Of a DNA stretch of 64,000 nt, positions 54,183 through 64,000 are shown piece after piece (the first letter of the stretch is position 1; every line of letters starts with the position of its first letter). The notes beneath the pieces are model-generated. The model had not been told where the DNA came from. It made no database searches and worked only from the letters and a program-made list of their open reading frames with translations. Origin of the DNA: an uncultured Alphaproteobacteria bacterium (GTDB taxonomy: Bacteria > Pseudomonadota > Alphaproteobacteria > RF32 > CAG-239); NCBI GenBank assembly GCA_944392315.1, contig CALXWH010000001.1:703-64702 (forward strand). The letters run 5' to 3'. The position numbers and the translations under genes were made by a program.

Positions 54183-56693
54183 TTAGAGTTTTGCGGCAAT
54201 TGTTTCAAGTTCATAACATTCAATGTAGTCGCCTACCTGAATATCATTATAGTTCTCAAAACTCATACCACATTCATAACCTTCTTTTACTTCTTTGACA
54301 TCGTCTTTGAAGCGTTTTAATTGCGCTAAGTTTCCATCATGAATAACGACGTTATCTCTTAGCAATCTTACTTTTGCGCCACGTTTTACAAGGCCTTCTG
54401 TTACCATGCATCCACCAACTTTACCAACGCCTGTAATATTAAATACATTACGGATTTCTGCATAGCCTAAGAATTTCTCTCTAATCTCCGGTGACAGCAA
54501 CCCTTCAAGACCTTTCTTCACATCGTCTGCAACGTCATAAATAATTGAGTAGTATCTAATATCTACCCCATCGCGACGAGCTAAGTCTCTAGCTTGCGGA
54601 ATTGCACGGACATTAAATCCAATGATAAATGCGTTGGAAGCCTTGGCTAAAGTTACATCTGATTCAGAAATCGGACCAACAGCAGAGTGCAGAATATGTA
54701 CAGATACTTCATCTGTAGATAACTTCTTAATTGTACCTTCAATCGCTTCAATAGAACCCTGTACGTCCGCTTTAATAATAACAGACAATTGCTTGGACTC
54801 TCCTGATTTAATCTTATCCAGCATTTGCTCCATGGCTGATTTGGCACTCTTAACCAATTTTGCATCACGCTCTTTGCGAATACGATAGTTTGTTACTTCA
54901 CGTGCTTGGTTTTCATCTTTGACAACGATAAAGTCATCACCTGCCGATGGCGTGCCCTGTAGACCTAAGACTTCTACCGGCATCGCAGGTGTTGCTTCAA
55001 AGACTTTTTTGCCGTTTTCGTTAAACATCGCACGAACGTGTCCCCACTCCTTGCCGGCTATGCAAACATCGCCAACCTTTAAGGTTCCATTTTGGACAAG
55101 TACCGTTACAACATTTCCGCGACCCTTTTCCATTTTTGCTTCAATAACGGCTCCTTCTGCCGCGCGGTTTGGATTTGCTTTCAAGTCCAGAATTTCTGCT
55201 TGCAATAAAATAGCTTCAACCAATTTATCTATATTGATGCGTTTTTTTGCGGAAACTTCTGCACATAAACTTTCGCCGCCCATTTCTTCAACTGCAATAC
55301 CATGCTGCAACAATTCTGTTTTAACCTTCATCGGATCCGCACCCGGTAAATCAATCTTATTAATTGCTACAACGATTGGAACATTCGCTGCTTGCGCATG
55401 GCGTATCGCCTCAATGGTTTGCGGCTTAATACCATCATTGGCAGCTACAACCAAGACAACAATATCCGTTACTTTTGCACCTCTGGCTCGCATTTCTGAA
55501 AAGGCCTCGTGTCCAGGAGTATCAATAAAGGTAATTTTTTGGCCATTGTGTAATGTAATTTGATATGCACCAATGTGCTGTGTAATTCCACCGGCTTCTT
55601 TTGCGGCTACGTTTGTTTCTCTTAATGCATCTAGCAAAGATGTTTTACCATGGTCAACGTGTCCCATTACCGTTACAACCGGCGGACGCGGCAATAAATC
55701 TGCATCCGTATCTTTTGGACCTGTCAGACCTTCTTCAACATCACTTTCAGCAACACGCTTAAATTTATGCCCCATTTCCTCAACGACAATTTGTGCCGTA
55801 TCGGCGTCAATGGCTTGGTTGATAGTGGCCATTACCCCTAAAGACATTAATTTCTTTATCACATCAGAGCTCTTTTCCGCCATACGGTTTGCAAGGTCTT
55901 GCACCGTGATAATTTCAGGAATAATAACCTCTTTAACTATTTTTTCTTGGGGTGCTTGAGGTTGAGCCTGAGGTTTAGGCGCTTTTTTCTTATAACGACG
56001 GCGCGGTGCTCCATATCCATAGTCATCATCGTCGTCATCCCCAAACATATATGAATTTACATTTATCTTGGTATTTCTTTTCGGCGTTTCAAAGCTGCGT
56101 TTTTGGATTTTTTTTCTTTCTTGTTCAAACGCTTCTTCTTTGCTTATTGACTTTCCTTGCTCTGATGATTTTTTGCCTTTTTTGTTGTAATATTCATCAT
56201 CATCGTCGTCGTCATCATAATCTTCTTTTTTATGCTTGTAATTATGATTTTTTTCTTCATTTTCCAGGTACTCGTTTACTTTTTCAGCTTTTTCTTTGCG
56301 TTCTGCCTGTTCTTTTTCTTTTGCAGCTTTCTCTGCTTGTCTTTTTTCTTCAGCAGCTTTTTCTGCAGCTATTTTTTCTGCTTCTGCTTTTTCAGCAGCA
56401 GCTTTCGCTTCCTCTTCTTTTTGTTTTTGTCTCAGTAGTTCCTTTTCTGCCGCTTCTTGTTTTCTTTGTGCATCATGCTCTTTGCCTTTATTGATAAGCT
56501 CAATCTTTTGAGCCAATGTTTCATCTATCTCAACTTTAGGCTGAACCGTTGCTTGAGTGTTTACAAATCTCTTTTTTCTTACTTCTACCTGTACAATCTT
56601 TCTGCCCTCTTGCTTCAACGGCGTATTGGTCTTTTTTAATGTGAGGGTTGATTTTCCGGATAATGTTAATTTTTTGCCATTATCTTCTGTCAT
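54183..56693 (-). CDS. infB: translation initiation factor IF-2
   Basis: [20 protein letters not shown] and NKID. Low-complexity N-terminal region rich in K/E/A and poly-D. Confidence 0.97.
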   Translation of the reverse strand: MTEDNGKKLTLSGKSTLTLKKTNTPLKQEGRKIVQVEVRKKRFVNTQATVQPKVEIDETLAQKIELINKGKEHDAQRKQEAAEKELLRQKQKEEEAKAAAEKAEAEKIAAEKAAEEKRQAEKAAKEKEQAERKEKAEKVNEYLENEEKNHNYKHKKEDYDDDDDDDEYYNKKGKKSSEQGKSISKEEAFEQERKKIQKRSFETPKRNTKINVNSYMFGDDDDDDYGYGAPRRRYKKKAPKPQAQPQAPQEKIVKEVIIPEIITVQDLANRMAEKSSDVIKKLMSLGVMATINQAIDADTAQIVVEEMGHKFKRVAESDVEEGLTGPKDTDADLLPRPPVVTVMGHVDHGKTSLLDALRETNVAAKEAGGITQHIGAYQITLHNGQKITFIDTPGHEAFSEMRARGAKVTDIVVLVVAANDGIKPQTIEAIRHAQAANVPIVVAINKIDLPGADPMKVKTELLQHGIAVEEMGGESLCAEVSAKKRINIDKLVEAILLQAEILDLKANPNRAAEGAVIEAKMEKGRGNVVTVLVQNGTLKVGDVCIAGKEWGHVRAMFNENGKKVFEATPAMPVEVLGLQGTPSAGDDFIVVKDENQAREVTNYRIRKERDAKLVKSAKSAMEQMLDKIKSGESKQLSVIIKADVQGSIEAIEGTIKKLSTDEVSVHILHSAVGPISESDVTLAKASNAFIIGFNVRAIPQARDLARRDGVDIRYYSIIYDVADDVKKGLEGLLSPEIREKFLGYAEIRNVFNITGVGKVGGCMVTEGLVKRGAKVRLLRDNVVIHDGNLAQLKRFKDDVKEVKEGYECGMSFENYNDIQVGDYIECYELETIAAKL

Positions 56694-57280
56694 TCGTTGT
56701 CTTCTCCGTTATATAAAAAATTTTGATACTTCTTTAAATTGTTATAAACGCTACGTGACATATCACTTTTTAGAACGGCCACATGCACTGTATTTTCTTT
56801 ATTTAAAGCTCTATCTAATTCATCTATACTAAATAAATTAAATTTTTCAAGATTTTTAGCAAGAAATGCTATTTTTTCTTTTCCATCTTGTCCTGCATCT
56901 CGTGCTTCTATTATAAAATCAACTTTGTCTTTTTGGATAACCTCTTTAACTTTTTCAAAACCGGTAACAAGAACTCCTGCTTTTCGTGCCAGATTCAAAC
57001 TTGCTAACGCTTTATCTTTAATCAAATTTTCTACAATGTCTATAAAATTTTCTGCTATTCTTAAATTATGACGACTTACTTTATGAAAAATCTTTTTTTC
57101 TATCGCTTTTATTACAGAGAGCCGATTGCAACTTACATACATCCCTTTGCCTGGTAATTTTTTATTAAAATCAGGCAAAAGCTCGTTATTCAGTTCAACA
57201 AAGCGCAACAATTCAGATGTTGGTTTGCAGGTACCTTCTACGATGCATTTTCGCTCAATCGGCTCTCTTGACATTTTCAC
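56690..57280 (-). CDS. YlxR (DUF448)-like RNA-binding domain fused to an L7Ae/YlxQ-like domain
   Basis: RKCIVEG...ELLRFV......D...KLPGKGMYV, followed by [15 protein letters not shown]. Lies between nusA and infB. Confidence 0.75.
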   Translation of the reverse strand: MKMSREPIERKCIVEGTCKPTSELLRFVELNNELLPDFNKKLPGKGMYVSCNRLSVIKAIEKKIFHKVSRHNLRIAENFIDIVENLIKDKALASLNLARKAGVLVTGFEKVKEVIQKDKVDFIIEARDAGQDGKEKIAFLAKNLEKFNLFSIDELDRALNKENTVHVAVLKSDMSRSVYNNLKKYQNFLYNGEDNE

Positions 57281-57285
57281 CTCGC

Positions 57286-58803
57286 TTATTTTTTGTCCTC
57301 ATCGGCAAACCAGTGTTCACGGGCAGCCATAATGATACGATTTGCTTCAACCTCGGTGATAACACCTTCGCCTAAGATTTCCATCAATTCATCTGCGGCT
57401 AAATCTGCCAAATCATCCAAAGTCTTTACACCGTGTTCGGCAAGACTGATTATCATGTCTTGATCCAAGCCTGAAATTGTTTTTAAGCTGTCATCAACAC
57501 CTAAAGTTTTGCTTTTTTCAACAAATTCTTCATTACGCTTTTTCACAAATTCTTTGGCTCTGTTTTGTAATTCTGTTGCCAAATCTTCATCAAAGCCATC
57601 AATTGATGCTAACTCGGAAACATCTACCATTGCAATTTCATCAACCGTTGAGAAACCTTCTGAAATCAAAACATGTGCAATCATTTCATCTACGTCTAGA
57701 GCTGAAACAAAACGTTCTGACTTCACTTTATTTTCGTTAGCACGTCTTTCTCTTTCTTGCTCTTCGGTTAAAATATCAATGTCAGCACCGACTAATTGTG
57801 AGGCTAATTTAACATTTTGACCGCGGCGGCCGATTGCTATTGAGTATTGGTCTTCGGTGACAACAACTTCTATTCTGTTGTTTTCTTCGTCCAATACTAC
57901 TTTGCTTACTTCTGCCGGAGCCAAGGCACTAACAATAAATTGGGCTTTGTCTGCAGAATATGGCACAATATCAATTTTTTCACCTTGCAATTCTGTTACA
58001 ACGGCCTGAACGCGGATACCTCTTAAGCCCACACAAGCACCAACAGGATCTATTGAGGAATCTTTGGCACGAACGGCGATTTTGGCTTTTGACCCTGGAT
58101 CTCTTGCAACACCCATAATTTCTACAAGCCCATCATAAATTTCAGGAACTTCCGATGTGAACAATTTTGCCATAAATTCCGGACATGTACGGGATAAGAA
58201 AATTTGTGGCCCTCTGGTTTCACGACGGACATCCAGTACATATGCTCTTACTCTATCGCCATTCTTGAAATTTTCTCTCGGTATCAACTCATCTCTGCGC
58301 AAAATTGCTTCTGTTTTGCCCATATCTACAATAACGTTACCAAACTCAAGTCTTTTAACGGTACCGTTAATAATCGTGCCGATTTTTCCTTTATATTCTT
58401 CATACTGTTTGTTACGTTCTGCTTCACGAACTTTCTGCATGATTACTTGTTTTGCTGTTTGGGCAGCAATACGTCCGAAATCAATTGGTGGAAGAGGATC
58501 TATTATATATTCTCCGACTTTAACATCAGGGTTAATTCTTCTTGCTTCTTCCAAGGTTAACTCTGTTGTTTCATTTTCAATTTGATCAACAACAGCTCTG
58601 TAGCGAGCTAAAGTTATAGCGCCGGTTTTGCGGTTAATGTTGACACGAATATCATGTTCAAAGCCATATTTAGAGCGTCCGGCTTTTTGTATTGCTTCTT
58701 CCATCGCTTTGAATACATCTTCACGGTCAATATTTTTTTCTCTGGCCACAGTATCTGCTACCATAAGAATTTCCGGTCTGGGCATGTTTACAATATTTTC
58801 CAT
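57286..58803 (-). CDS. nusA: transcription termination/antitermination factor NusA
   Basis: N-terminal domain, S1 domain, two KH domains (IAIGRRGQNVKLASQL) and C-terminal HhH repeats. Confidence 0.96.
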   Translation of the reverse strand: MENIVNMPRPEILMVADTVAREKNIDREDVFKAMEEAIQKAGRSKYGFEHDIRVNINRKTGAITLARYRAVVDQIENETTELTLEEARRINPDVKVGEYIIDPLPPIDFGRIAAQTAKQVIMQKVREAERNKQYEEYKGKIGTIINGTVKRLEFGNVIVDMGKTEAILRRDELIPRENFKNGDRVRAYVLDVRRETRGPQIFLSRTCPEFMAKLFTSEVPEIYDGLVEIMGVARDPGSKAKIAVRAKDSSIDPVGACVGLRGIRVQAVVTELQGEKIDIVPYSADKAQFIVSALAPAEVSKVVLDEENNRIEVVVTEDQYSIAIGRRGQNVKLASQLVGADIDILTEEQERERRANENKVKSERFVSALDVDEMIAHVLISEGFSTVDEIAMVDVSELASIDGFDEDLATELQNRAKEFVKKRNEEFVEKSKTLGVDDSLKTISGLDQDMIISLAEHGVKTLDDLADLAADELMEILGEGVITEVEANRIIMAAREHWFADEDKK

Positions 58804-58834
58804 AGTGTCCTCTTTCGTTGGGTTTATAAAAAAT

Positions 58835-59338
58835 TTAGGCTTCTGATGATTTGTGGGATTTTAAGTATTTTTCCCATAATTCATCGGTTAATACGATTTT
58901 TGCTTTTGTTATGGCTGAGAAAGGTACTTTATATGTATTTTCTCCGTCTTCTATAATTATTTCTTCTTCCGGTGTAACCTCTTTTATGATACCTTTGAAA
59001 CGCTTTCTCTTTTCTATCAAATCTGAGGTTTCAACTTTGGCGGTATCACCGACAAATCTTTTGAAATGTTCTAATTTTGTAAGCGGTCTGTCTAACCCCG
59101 GGGAGCTTACCTCTAGCGTATATTTATTTTCTATCGGATCTTTTTCATCCAATACGGCTGAAATTGCACGACTAACTGTTGCACAATCATCCACCGTCAG
59201 TTCTTTTTCAGGATCTTTTTGTTCAATCATCACCTGCAACGTCGGGTTGGTTTCACCGATGGTGGTAATGCGAACCGTTTCATATCCTAAATCTTCAACT
59301 ATCGGTTCAATCAAATCTGCTAAATAATGCTTCTGCAT
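58835..59338 (-). CDS. rimP: ribosome maturation factor RimP
   Basis: LEVSSPGLDRPL motif. AGGAG SD 6 nt upstream of ATG 59338. The ORF-track start at 59341 is a TTG. Confidence 0.9.
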   Translation of the reverse strand: MQKHYLADLIEPIVEDLGYETVRITTIGETNPTLQVMIEQKDPEKELTVDDCATVSRAISAVLDEKDPIENKYTLEVSSPGLDRPLTKLEHFKRFVGDTAKVETSDLIEKRKRFKGIIKEVTPEEEIIIEDGENTYKVPFSAITKAKIVLTDELWEKYLKSHKSSEA

Positions 59339-59361
59339 CAATTTCTCCTTATCCAGATTAA

Positions 59362-59388
59362 CAAAAAAGCGGGGTTTTTGACCCCACT
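59362..59388 (-). terminator. intrinsic-terminator-like hairpin immediately upstream of rimP
   Basis: Minus strand gtggggt/caaaa/accccgc followed by T6, about 20 nt before the rimP SD. Confidence 0.65.
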
Positions 59389-59506
59389 TTCAAGTTTTTA
59401 TGAAAGATTATGTGCTTTATATACCACAAAAAAATTTAAAATAAAGTTTTTTTTACGCATTATCTCCATTTTTCTCAGTATCCCCTTGTTAACACTATGT
59501 TTTTAT

Positions 59507-62500
59507 TTAAAATTTGTACTTCAATCCGACATCTACTTTTATCGGATATTCTTTTTCAAGGTACTGCATCAACTCGCCATAAATAGATATATCTTTGTAA
59601 TCGTAGTTTATTCTTGCTGAAATAACCCCTCTATCGCGAGAATCTGTGTTCTCTATATCTCGTAATTTATAGGAACCTAGTGTATCATTGATATGTGCAT
59701 CCAATCCTCTATACGGATCTGCAAATTCGTGATAGTAACCAATTCCTAGCATTACATTCATCTTGTTATCCGGGGCAAACTCTATATCCTTATCTAAATA
59801 TAATCCTAAGGCACTTTCAAGCGAGAATATGTGCGATGAAGCTATTTGCAGGGCAAGACTTTCATCTCCCTCATCTATAGAATCTTGATACCAGCCTATT
59901 GCATTTAATCCGACAAACGGAGTTAAATTTACAGCTCCCAAATCCATTTTATAACGCAATTCGTTTAACCAACCATAAGTTATCTCGGTTGTATCAGCCT
60001 CAAACGTATGTTGGTAACCTCTTCTTCTATAATCTCCGTCTGCGAATCCGAGACGCGCCATTGAAACGGCAGTTAATCCATTGTTGCTGTACGTTAACGG
60101 AACATAACCTTGTACCATAAAGCTCTTACGGCTTGAATCATTGTTATAGTCAGTATTTGTATGCGTGAAACTCATACCTAAACCTAGACGATATTTGTTG
60201 TTCATTTTCTTATCATACAACGCATACATGCTTTGTGAAGTGATGTCATAGCCACTTAATGTACCTCTATCATCACGACCAATATACATGGCATCGCCAC
60301 CTACCATCTTTCTGACGTCTCCGCCTTCTTTAAAGAGCTCTGACATCATGGTTTTGTCCAGGCTTCTCTGAACTTTCAAGTTCTCTTGAGTCATATTCGG
60401 CAGTGTTGAGGTGCCTAATATATCTGCTTCTCGCTGTTTATACTCTTTAGCGCTTCCGGCTCCCTTTAAAGCGTTGTATAAATCACTGTTTTGTTCATAC
60501 ATGTAGTTCTTTTCAAGATATGCGGCTTTGTCTTCATCTGTCACTTCATTGAAATCTTTCATTTCCATCACAACATCATATTTGCCGTCTTCATTTTGTA
60601 CCATATCGGTATTGTATAAATATGATTTTGAACTTAAGTTTACGCCGCTAACATCTTCTGCTGATAAGGCATCTTCTATCATAGATGTTGTTTCAAAGGT
60701 GTTGGTTACAACGTTTGTGGATACTTTTAAATCACCGCTGATACTATCTTCGGCTTCAAACTTGCCACCTTGACTTATGACAACGTTCCCCCCCCAATCA
60801 TCAAAATTCATACTTCCGACACTGCTCGTTGTACCACTATTGTCGTATGTGGCACCATTTTCAAGCTTGATTGCCGTACCATTGTTACAATTTCCGCCAC
60901 TGCAGCTTTCACCATTGATGTTGATTGTTCCGGTATTATTTACGGTTGCTGTTGCTCCGGCTGCATAGATACCAACATTAGTTCCGTTGCCACTCAAGTT
61001 TATTATACCATTGTTGATAACTGTTGCGCGCCCTGATTCTGTACCATCCGATATTGCATAGATACCATAATTACTTCCGCTACCACTTACATTTATCACG
61101 CCTTTGCTATCATTGATGGCAGCGCCTTTATTTAGATATATACCATATCCGTCGGCTCCCTTTGTTGTTTCTACAATGATTTCTGCATTATTCGTTATAT
61201 AAGAGCTATCACCTTTCATACCATATGCTGTAGCTTTTCCACTTGATTTGACGTGTATGGATGAGCCTAGTCCTGAGTTATTTAAGGTTGCATTGCTGCC
61301 ATACATACCTGCTGCTATACCGCCATTTGCGCCACCATAGACATCTACATTTATTGTACCCACAACTGAGGCATTAGAGTTAGAACTATAAGCATTATAT
61401 GCACTTCCATCTTGTACGTAAATACCGTAATATTCTGCATCTGATGTTGCAGCGGCATTTGTTGCTGTCACGTTGATAATTCCGCTAACAGCTCCTTCTG
61501 AGATATCGCTGCTGTTTTCATAATATGCATTGTATACTGTTTTGGGTTGGGCGTTTTCTGCACTCTCGGCCGTACTATAGCTTGTTGCATATATACCATA
61601 CATTTTATTTGGAGCTCTGGCACCGGTTGATCTGACGTTAATCGTACCTTTGGCCGAATTTCTATCATTTACAACAGCTGCATTATAAATTTTGCTACCT
61701 TGCGGATTTATGGAATCACTATATATTCCCGCTGCTGTTGATAATCCATTTTTCATATCATTAACGTTAATACTTATATTTCCGGTTACGACTGTTGCGG
61801 TATTCTTATTTGTTCCCATACTATAAGCATTTGCTATTGTTGCACCATTACTTTGTATCCCTCTTAAGTTTACGCTACCAGATGTGCTGTTATCCGTTAT
61901 GGTAATATTACCAACTGTCGCTAGGCCTACGTCTGAACCAGAATTTGCATATGAATTGAAGGCATTACCTTCTGCCCAAATACCTACAATTTGTGGTGTT
62001 AATGAACTATATCCATTGATTGTTACATTGATATCACCTGCTGCAATTCCATTACCATAAATGGCAGATGAACGAAAGGCATTGTATGTATTGTTATAAT
62101 AAACTTCGCTCTCTCCCTCTTCATTTTGTCCCGTATAAGTTTGTCTTCCGGAATAAATTCCTACAGCACTTCCTCCGGCCGTATTATATACATTGATGTT
62201 TCCGGTACTGTTATATCCTTTTGCATTATACACACTGGTTTGAGTGCTAGGAGCACCTTTAGCATATATACCATAGGCAAAGCTTGCATCATTATTTGTT
62301 GTTGCATTGATTGTTCCCGTGGAGCTGAAGTTTTGTATAATGTTATAGTTTTTCTCAAATTGCGTTTCACTATTGGTTATTGTACCATTGCCGGACATAC
62401 CGTAAACATTACTGTTACCATTGACGGTTATATTCCCTTCTGCGACAACATCTGAGACTGCCGAGTTTAAGTATGCAAAAGAATTGTATATTCTTCCTGC

Positions 62501-64000
62501 GTTGTTGGTGCCATTTATTCCTGTAACTTCTCCGCCTCCATTGTGGGTCAAATTGATATTTCCGACCGTGTGAACATTTGCATTGATACCATTATCCGTG
62601 AATGCATAACTGTTATATAAGTTTTTGCCTCCTTGCATTCCCGTTATCGTTCCTTGACTTGACTCTGATTTTGTTATTTCTATATTTCCTTCAGCATTGT
62701 TGTGACTTCCTTCTACAGCCGTTCCGCTACCATATGAAAAGCTGTTATATATATTATTTTCTGAGCTGTTGTAGAGACCATAAATTGTTGACGATGTATC
62801 GTCATCATTTATGTTAATCGTTGCTGTTGCAACATTGTTGCACCCACCTTCGCAGTTGCCATTATTTATGACTGCCCCATTATATATATCAGATTGCGAA
62901 TATATGCCGTATACATAATTTCCGCCGGTGTTTGTATTGGTTATTTCTATAGTTGCTTCTGCTGTTCCTGATGAAGCTAGCGCATTGTATACATTATCAA
63001 AATAGGTGATATTTCCCTCTTCATCTTCGCTCTGTATGGGCTTCATTCCATAAACGTCGCGTAAAATGCCATCATTATTTACGGTTATTGTGCTATTGTT
63101 TATGTTTGATGTATAGGCCCCGATTAAATCTGCTTCAACTTTTTCACAGACACCTGCCGTACTCATACGCCATCCGTTATCTGTATCGCACCGGCATACT
63201 CCTGTTTCCGGATCTTTAATATATCCTTCTACTCCGGTTGTACACTCTGTTGTGATACAGGTATTATCTATTTGGCTAAATTCATAACCATCTGCACATT
63301 GATCACACATCGGGTTTACCTCTATCGGGGCTCGGTTGTCGGCACATTCCAAACCGCAGTGTCTACCTTCCGAATCTACAGTTATTTTATATTGTTTGGG
63401 GCAGATATCACATTCCGGTCCTGTCCATTCTTCTTCACATATATATTCAGTCAGATAACAAATATCAGCGGCTTCATCATATTGATATCCTTCTTTACAT
63501 GGCTCACAACCACCATTTGTTTGATCAAACCCATCTTTACATACACAATGATCACCTTGTTGGATATAGTGTAGAGGACAGGAAATTTGCTCAATGCAAG
63601 TCATCTTTTCATTTTCATAATACTCTATATATCCATTTTCTATATCACATACGCACCTATCATTTTGTTGTACGAGGTGGTTCCCTTTTGATTCACATTG
63701 CAAATCTGCAAAACACATACCGCTAAATTCAAGATAGTTTGCACTGCAGCTGGAGCAATCTGTTCCCGTGTAACCTTTATAACATAAACAAGTTTTACTT
63801 TCTACATCATACTTACCATGCGAATTGCAGTATAACTCGTTGTAATTATTCCATTCTTCAATTTCTTCTTCGCCTTCTTGATACTCTCCATCATCGGCTG
63901 TTTGTGAGCATCCTGAAGTATAGGGATCTCCGGTATATCCTCTTGTTGCATCACAAACGCAAGAGGCTCCTTTGTCTATTGGCACTGAATTTGGATATGC
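59507..64000 (-). CDS. giant autotransporter (type Va) adhesin-like protein, 5' end outside the window
   Basis: C-terminal beta-barrel of about 280 aa ending KYKF. Passenger of about 800 aa with G(I/M)Y...(I/V)YN(A/S)(Y/F) repeats. N-terminal Cys-rich EGF-like modules. The reading frame stays open to the window edge. Confidence 0.85.
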   Translation of the reverse strand, partial: AYPNSVPIDKGASCVCDATRGYTGDPYTSGCSQTADDGEYQEGEEEIEEWNNYNELYCNSHGKYDVESKTCLCYKGYTGTDCSSCSANYLEFSGMCFADLQCESKGNHLVQQNDRCVCDIENGYIEYYENEKMTCIEQISCPLHYIQQGDHCVCKDGFDQTNGGCEPCKEGYQYDEAADICYLTEYICEEEWTGPECDICPKQYKITVDSEGRHCGLECADNRAPIEVNPMCDQCADGYEFSQIDNTCITTECTTGVEGYIKDPETGVCRCDTDNGWRMSTAGVCEKVEADLIGAYTSNINNSTITVNNDGILRDVYGMKPIQSEDEEGNITYFDNVYNALASSGTAEATIEITNTNTGGNYVYGIYSQSDIYNGAVINNGNCEGGCNNVATATININDDDTSSTIYGLYNSSENNIYNSFSYGSGTAVEGSHNNAEGNIEITKSESSQGTITGMQGGKNLYNSYAFTDNGINANVHTVGNINLTHNGGGEVTGINGTNNAGRIYNSFAYLNSAVSDVVAEGNITVNGNSNVYGMSGNGTITNSETQFEKNYNIIQNFSSTGTINATTNNDASFAYGIYAKGAPSTQTSVYNAKGYNSTGNINVYNTAGGSAVGIYSGRQTYTGQNEEGESEVYYNNTYNAFRSSAIYGNGIAAGDINVTINGYSSLTPQIVGIWAEGNAFNSYANSGSDVGLATVGNITITDNSTSGSVNLRGIQSNGATIANAYSMGTNKNTATVVTGNISINVNDMKNGLSTAAGIYSDSINPQGSKIYNAAVVNDRNSAKGTINVRSTGARAPNKMYGIYATSYSTAESAENAQPKTVYNAYYENSSDISEGAVSGIINVTATNAAATSDAEYYGIYVQDGSAYNAYSSNSNASVVGTINVDVYGGANGGIAAGMYGSNATLNNSGLGSSIHVKSSGKATAYGMKGDSSYITNNAEIIVETTKGADGYGIYLNKGAAINDSKGVINVSGSGSNYGIYAISDGTESGRATVINNGIINLSGNGTNVGIYAAGATATVNNTGTININGESCSGGNCNNGTAIKLENGATYDNSGTTSSVGSMNFDDWGGNVVISQGGKFEAEDSISGDLKVSTNVVTNTFETTSMIEDALSAEDVSGVNLSSKSYLYNTDMVQNEDGKYDVVMEMKDFNEVTDEDKAAYLEKNYMYEQNSDLYNALKGAGSAKEYKQREADILGTSTLPNMTQENLKVQRSLDKTMMSELFKEGGDVRKMVGGDAMYIGRDDRGTLSGYDITSQSMYALYDKKMNNKYRLGLGMSFTHTNTDYNNDSSRKSFMVQGYVPLTYSNNGLTAVSMARLGFADGDYRRRGYQHTFEADTTEITYGWLNELRYKMDLGAVNLTPFVGLNAIGWYQDSIDEGDESLALQIASSHIFSLESALGLYLDKDIEFAPDNKMNVMLGIGYYHEFADPYRGLDAHINDTLGSYKLRDIENTDSRDRGVISARINYDYKDISIYGELMQYLEKEYPIKVDVGLKYKF

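Noticed and set aside
54919-56511. Several + strand ORFs (214, 128, 162, 68 and 71 aa), some with striking poly-Phe, Leu, Ser or Cys composition.
   Set aside because: All are antisense to infB. The odd composition is the mirror image of the IF-2 K/E/A/D-rich low-complexity region.
58851-59327. 158-aa + strand ORF.
   Set aside because: It is antisense to rimP, Ser-rich, has no RBS, and is entirely contained in the conserved gene.
1-64000. Looked for CRISPR arrays, IS elements or transposases, integrases, reverse transcriptases, toxin-antitoxin pairs, restriction-modification genes and other recognisable phage-defence genes.
   Set aside because: No regularly spaced direct repeats were seen, and no ORF with motifs of these families. 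The only notable repeats are the 17-bp inverted repeat at 47.3/47.6 kb and the conserved family leaders, both reported separately.

Overview
This is an AT-rich chromosomal segment from a Gram-negative bacterium. The synteny looks alphaproteobacterial: mtaB-ftsY-xseA, rimP-nusA-ylxR/L7Ae fusion-infB-rbfA, yfgM-like-bamB-der, and rplM-rpsI with an N-terminally extended S9. That taxonomic reading is inference from gene order and motifs only. I can support about 60 CDS, 4 tRNAs (Asn-GTT, Cys-GCA, Gln-CTG, Leu-CAG) and many intrinsic terminators. I saw no rRNA, CRISPR array, transposase, integrase or phage genes. Much of the window is ordinary housekeeping (glyA, rpiB, nagB, tkt, thyX, der, mutY, uppP, cspA, mscL, translation and transcription factors). 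The most unusual region is 11.2-19.3 kb. It holds five paralogous genes (609, 591, 585, 304 and 202 aa) built from a roughly 26-31-residue two-helix repeat that I cannot place in a named repeat family. Each gene has its own TTGAC(A/T)-16/17-TAnnnT promoter and its own terminator. Each also has a conserved AU-rich leader with no Shine-Dalgarno sequence; in 4 of 5 copies the leader carries a 4-codon mini-ORF (ATG TTT CAY/TAC TAT TAA). Divergently transcribed next to this cluster is an operon encoding a TPR protein and two paralogous GT-C-type membrane glycosyltransferases. Other points worth a second look: a large autotransporter (over 1490 aa, truncated by the window end) with EGF-like Cys-rich modules; a bacterial MIF/tautomerase homolog downstream of an ABC exporter; a class A beta-lactamase wedged against a tRNA terminator; a small ORF bracketed by a 17-bp inverted repeat; an orphan gene in a very AT-rich pocket; and two cases where a tRNA terminator abuts or sequesters the start region of the next gene. 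Sel1, TPR, EGF-like and MIF-like proteins occur together here, which suggests a host-associated lifestyle (inference).
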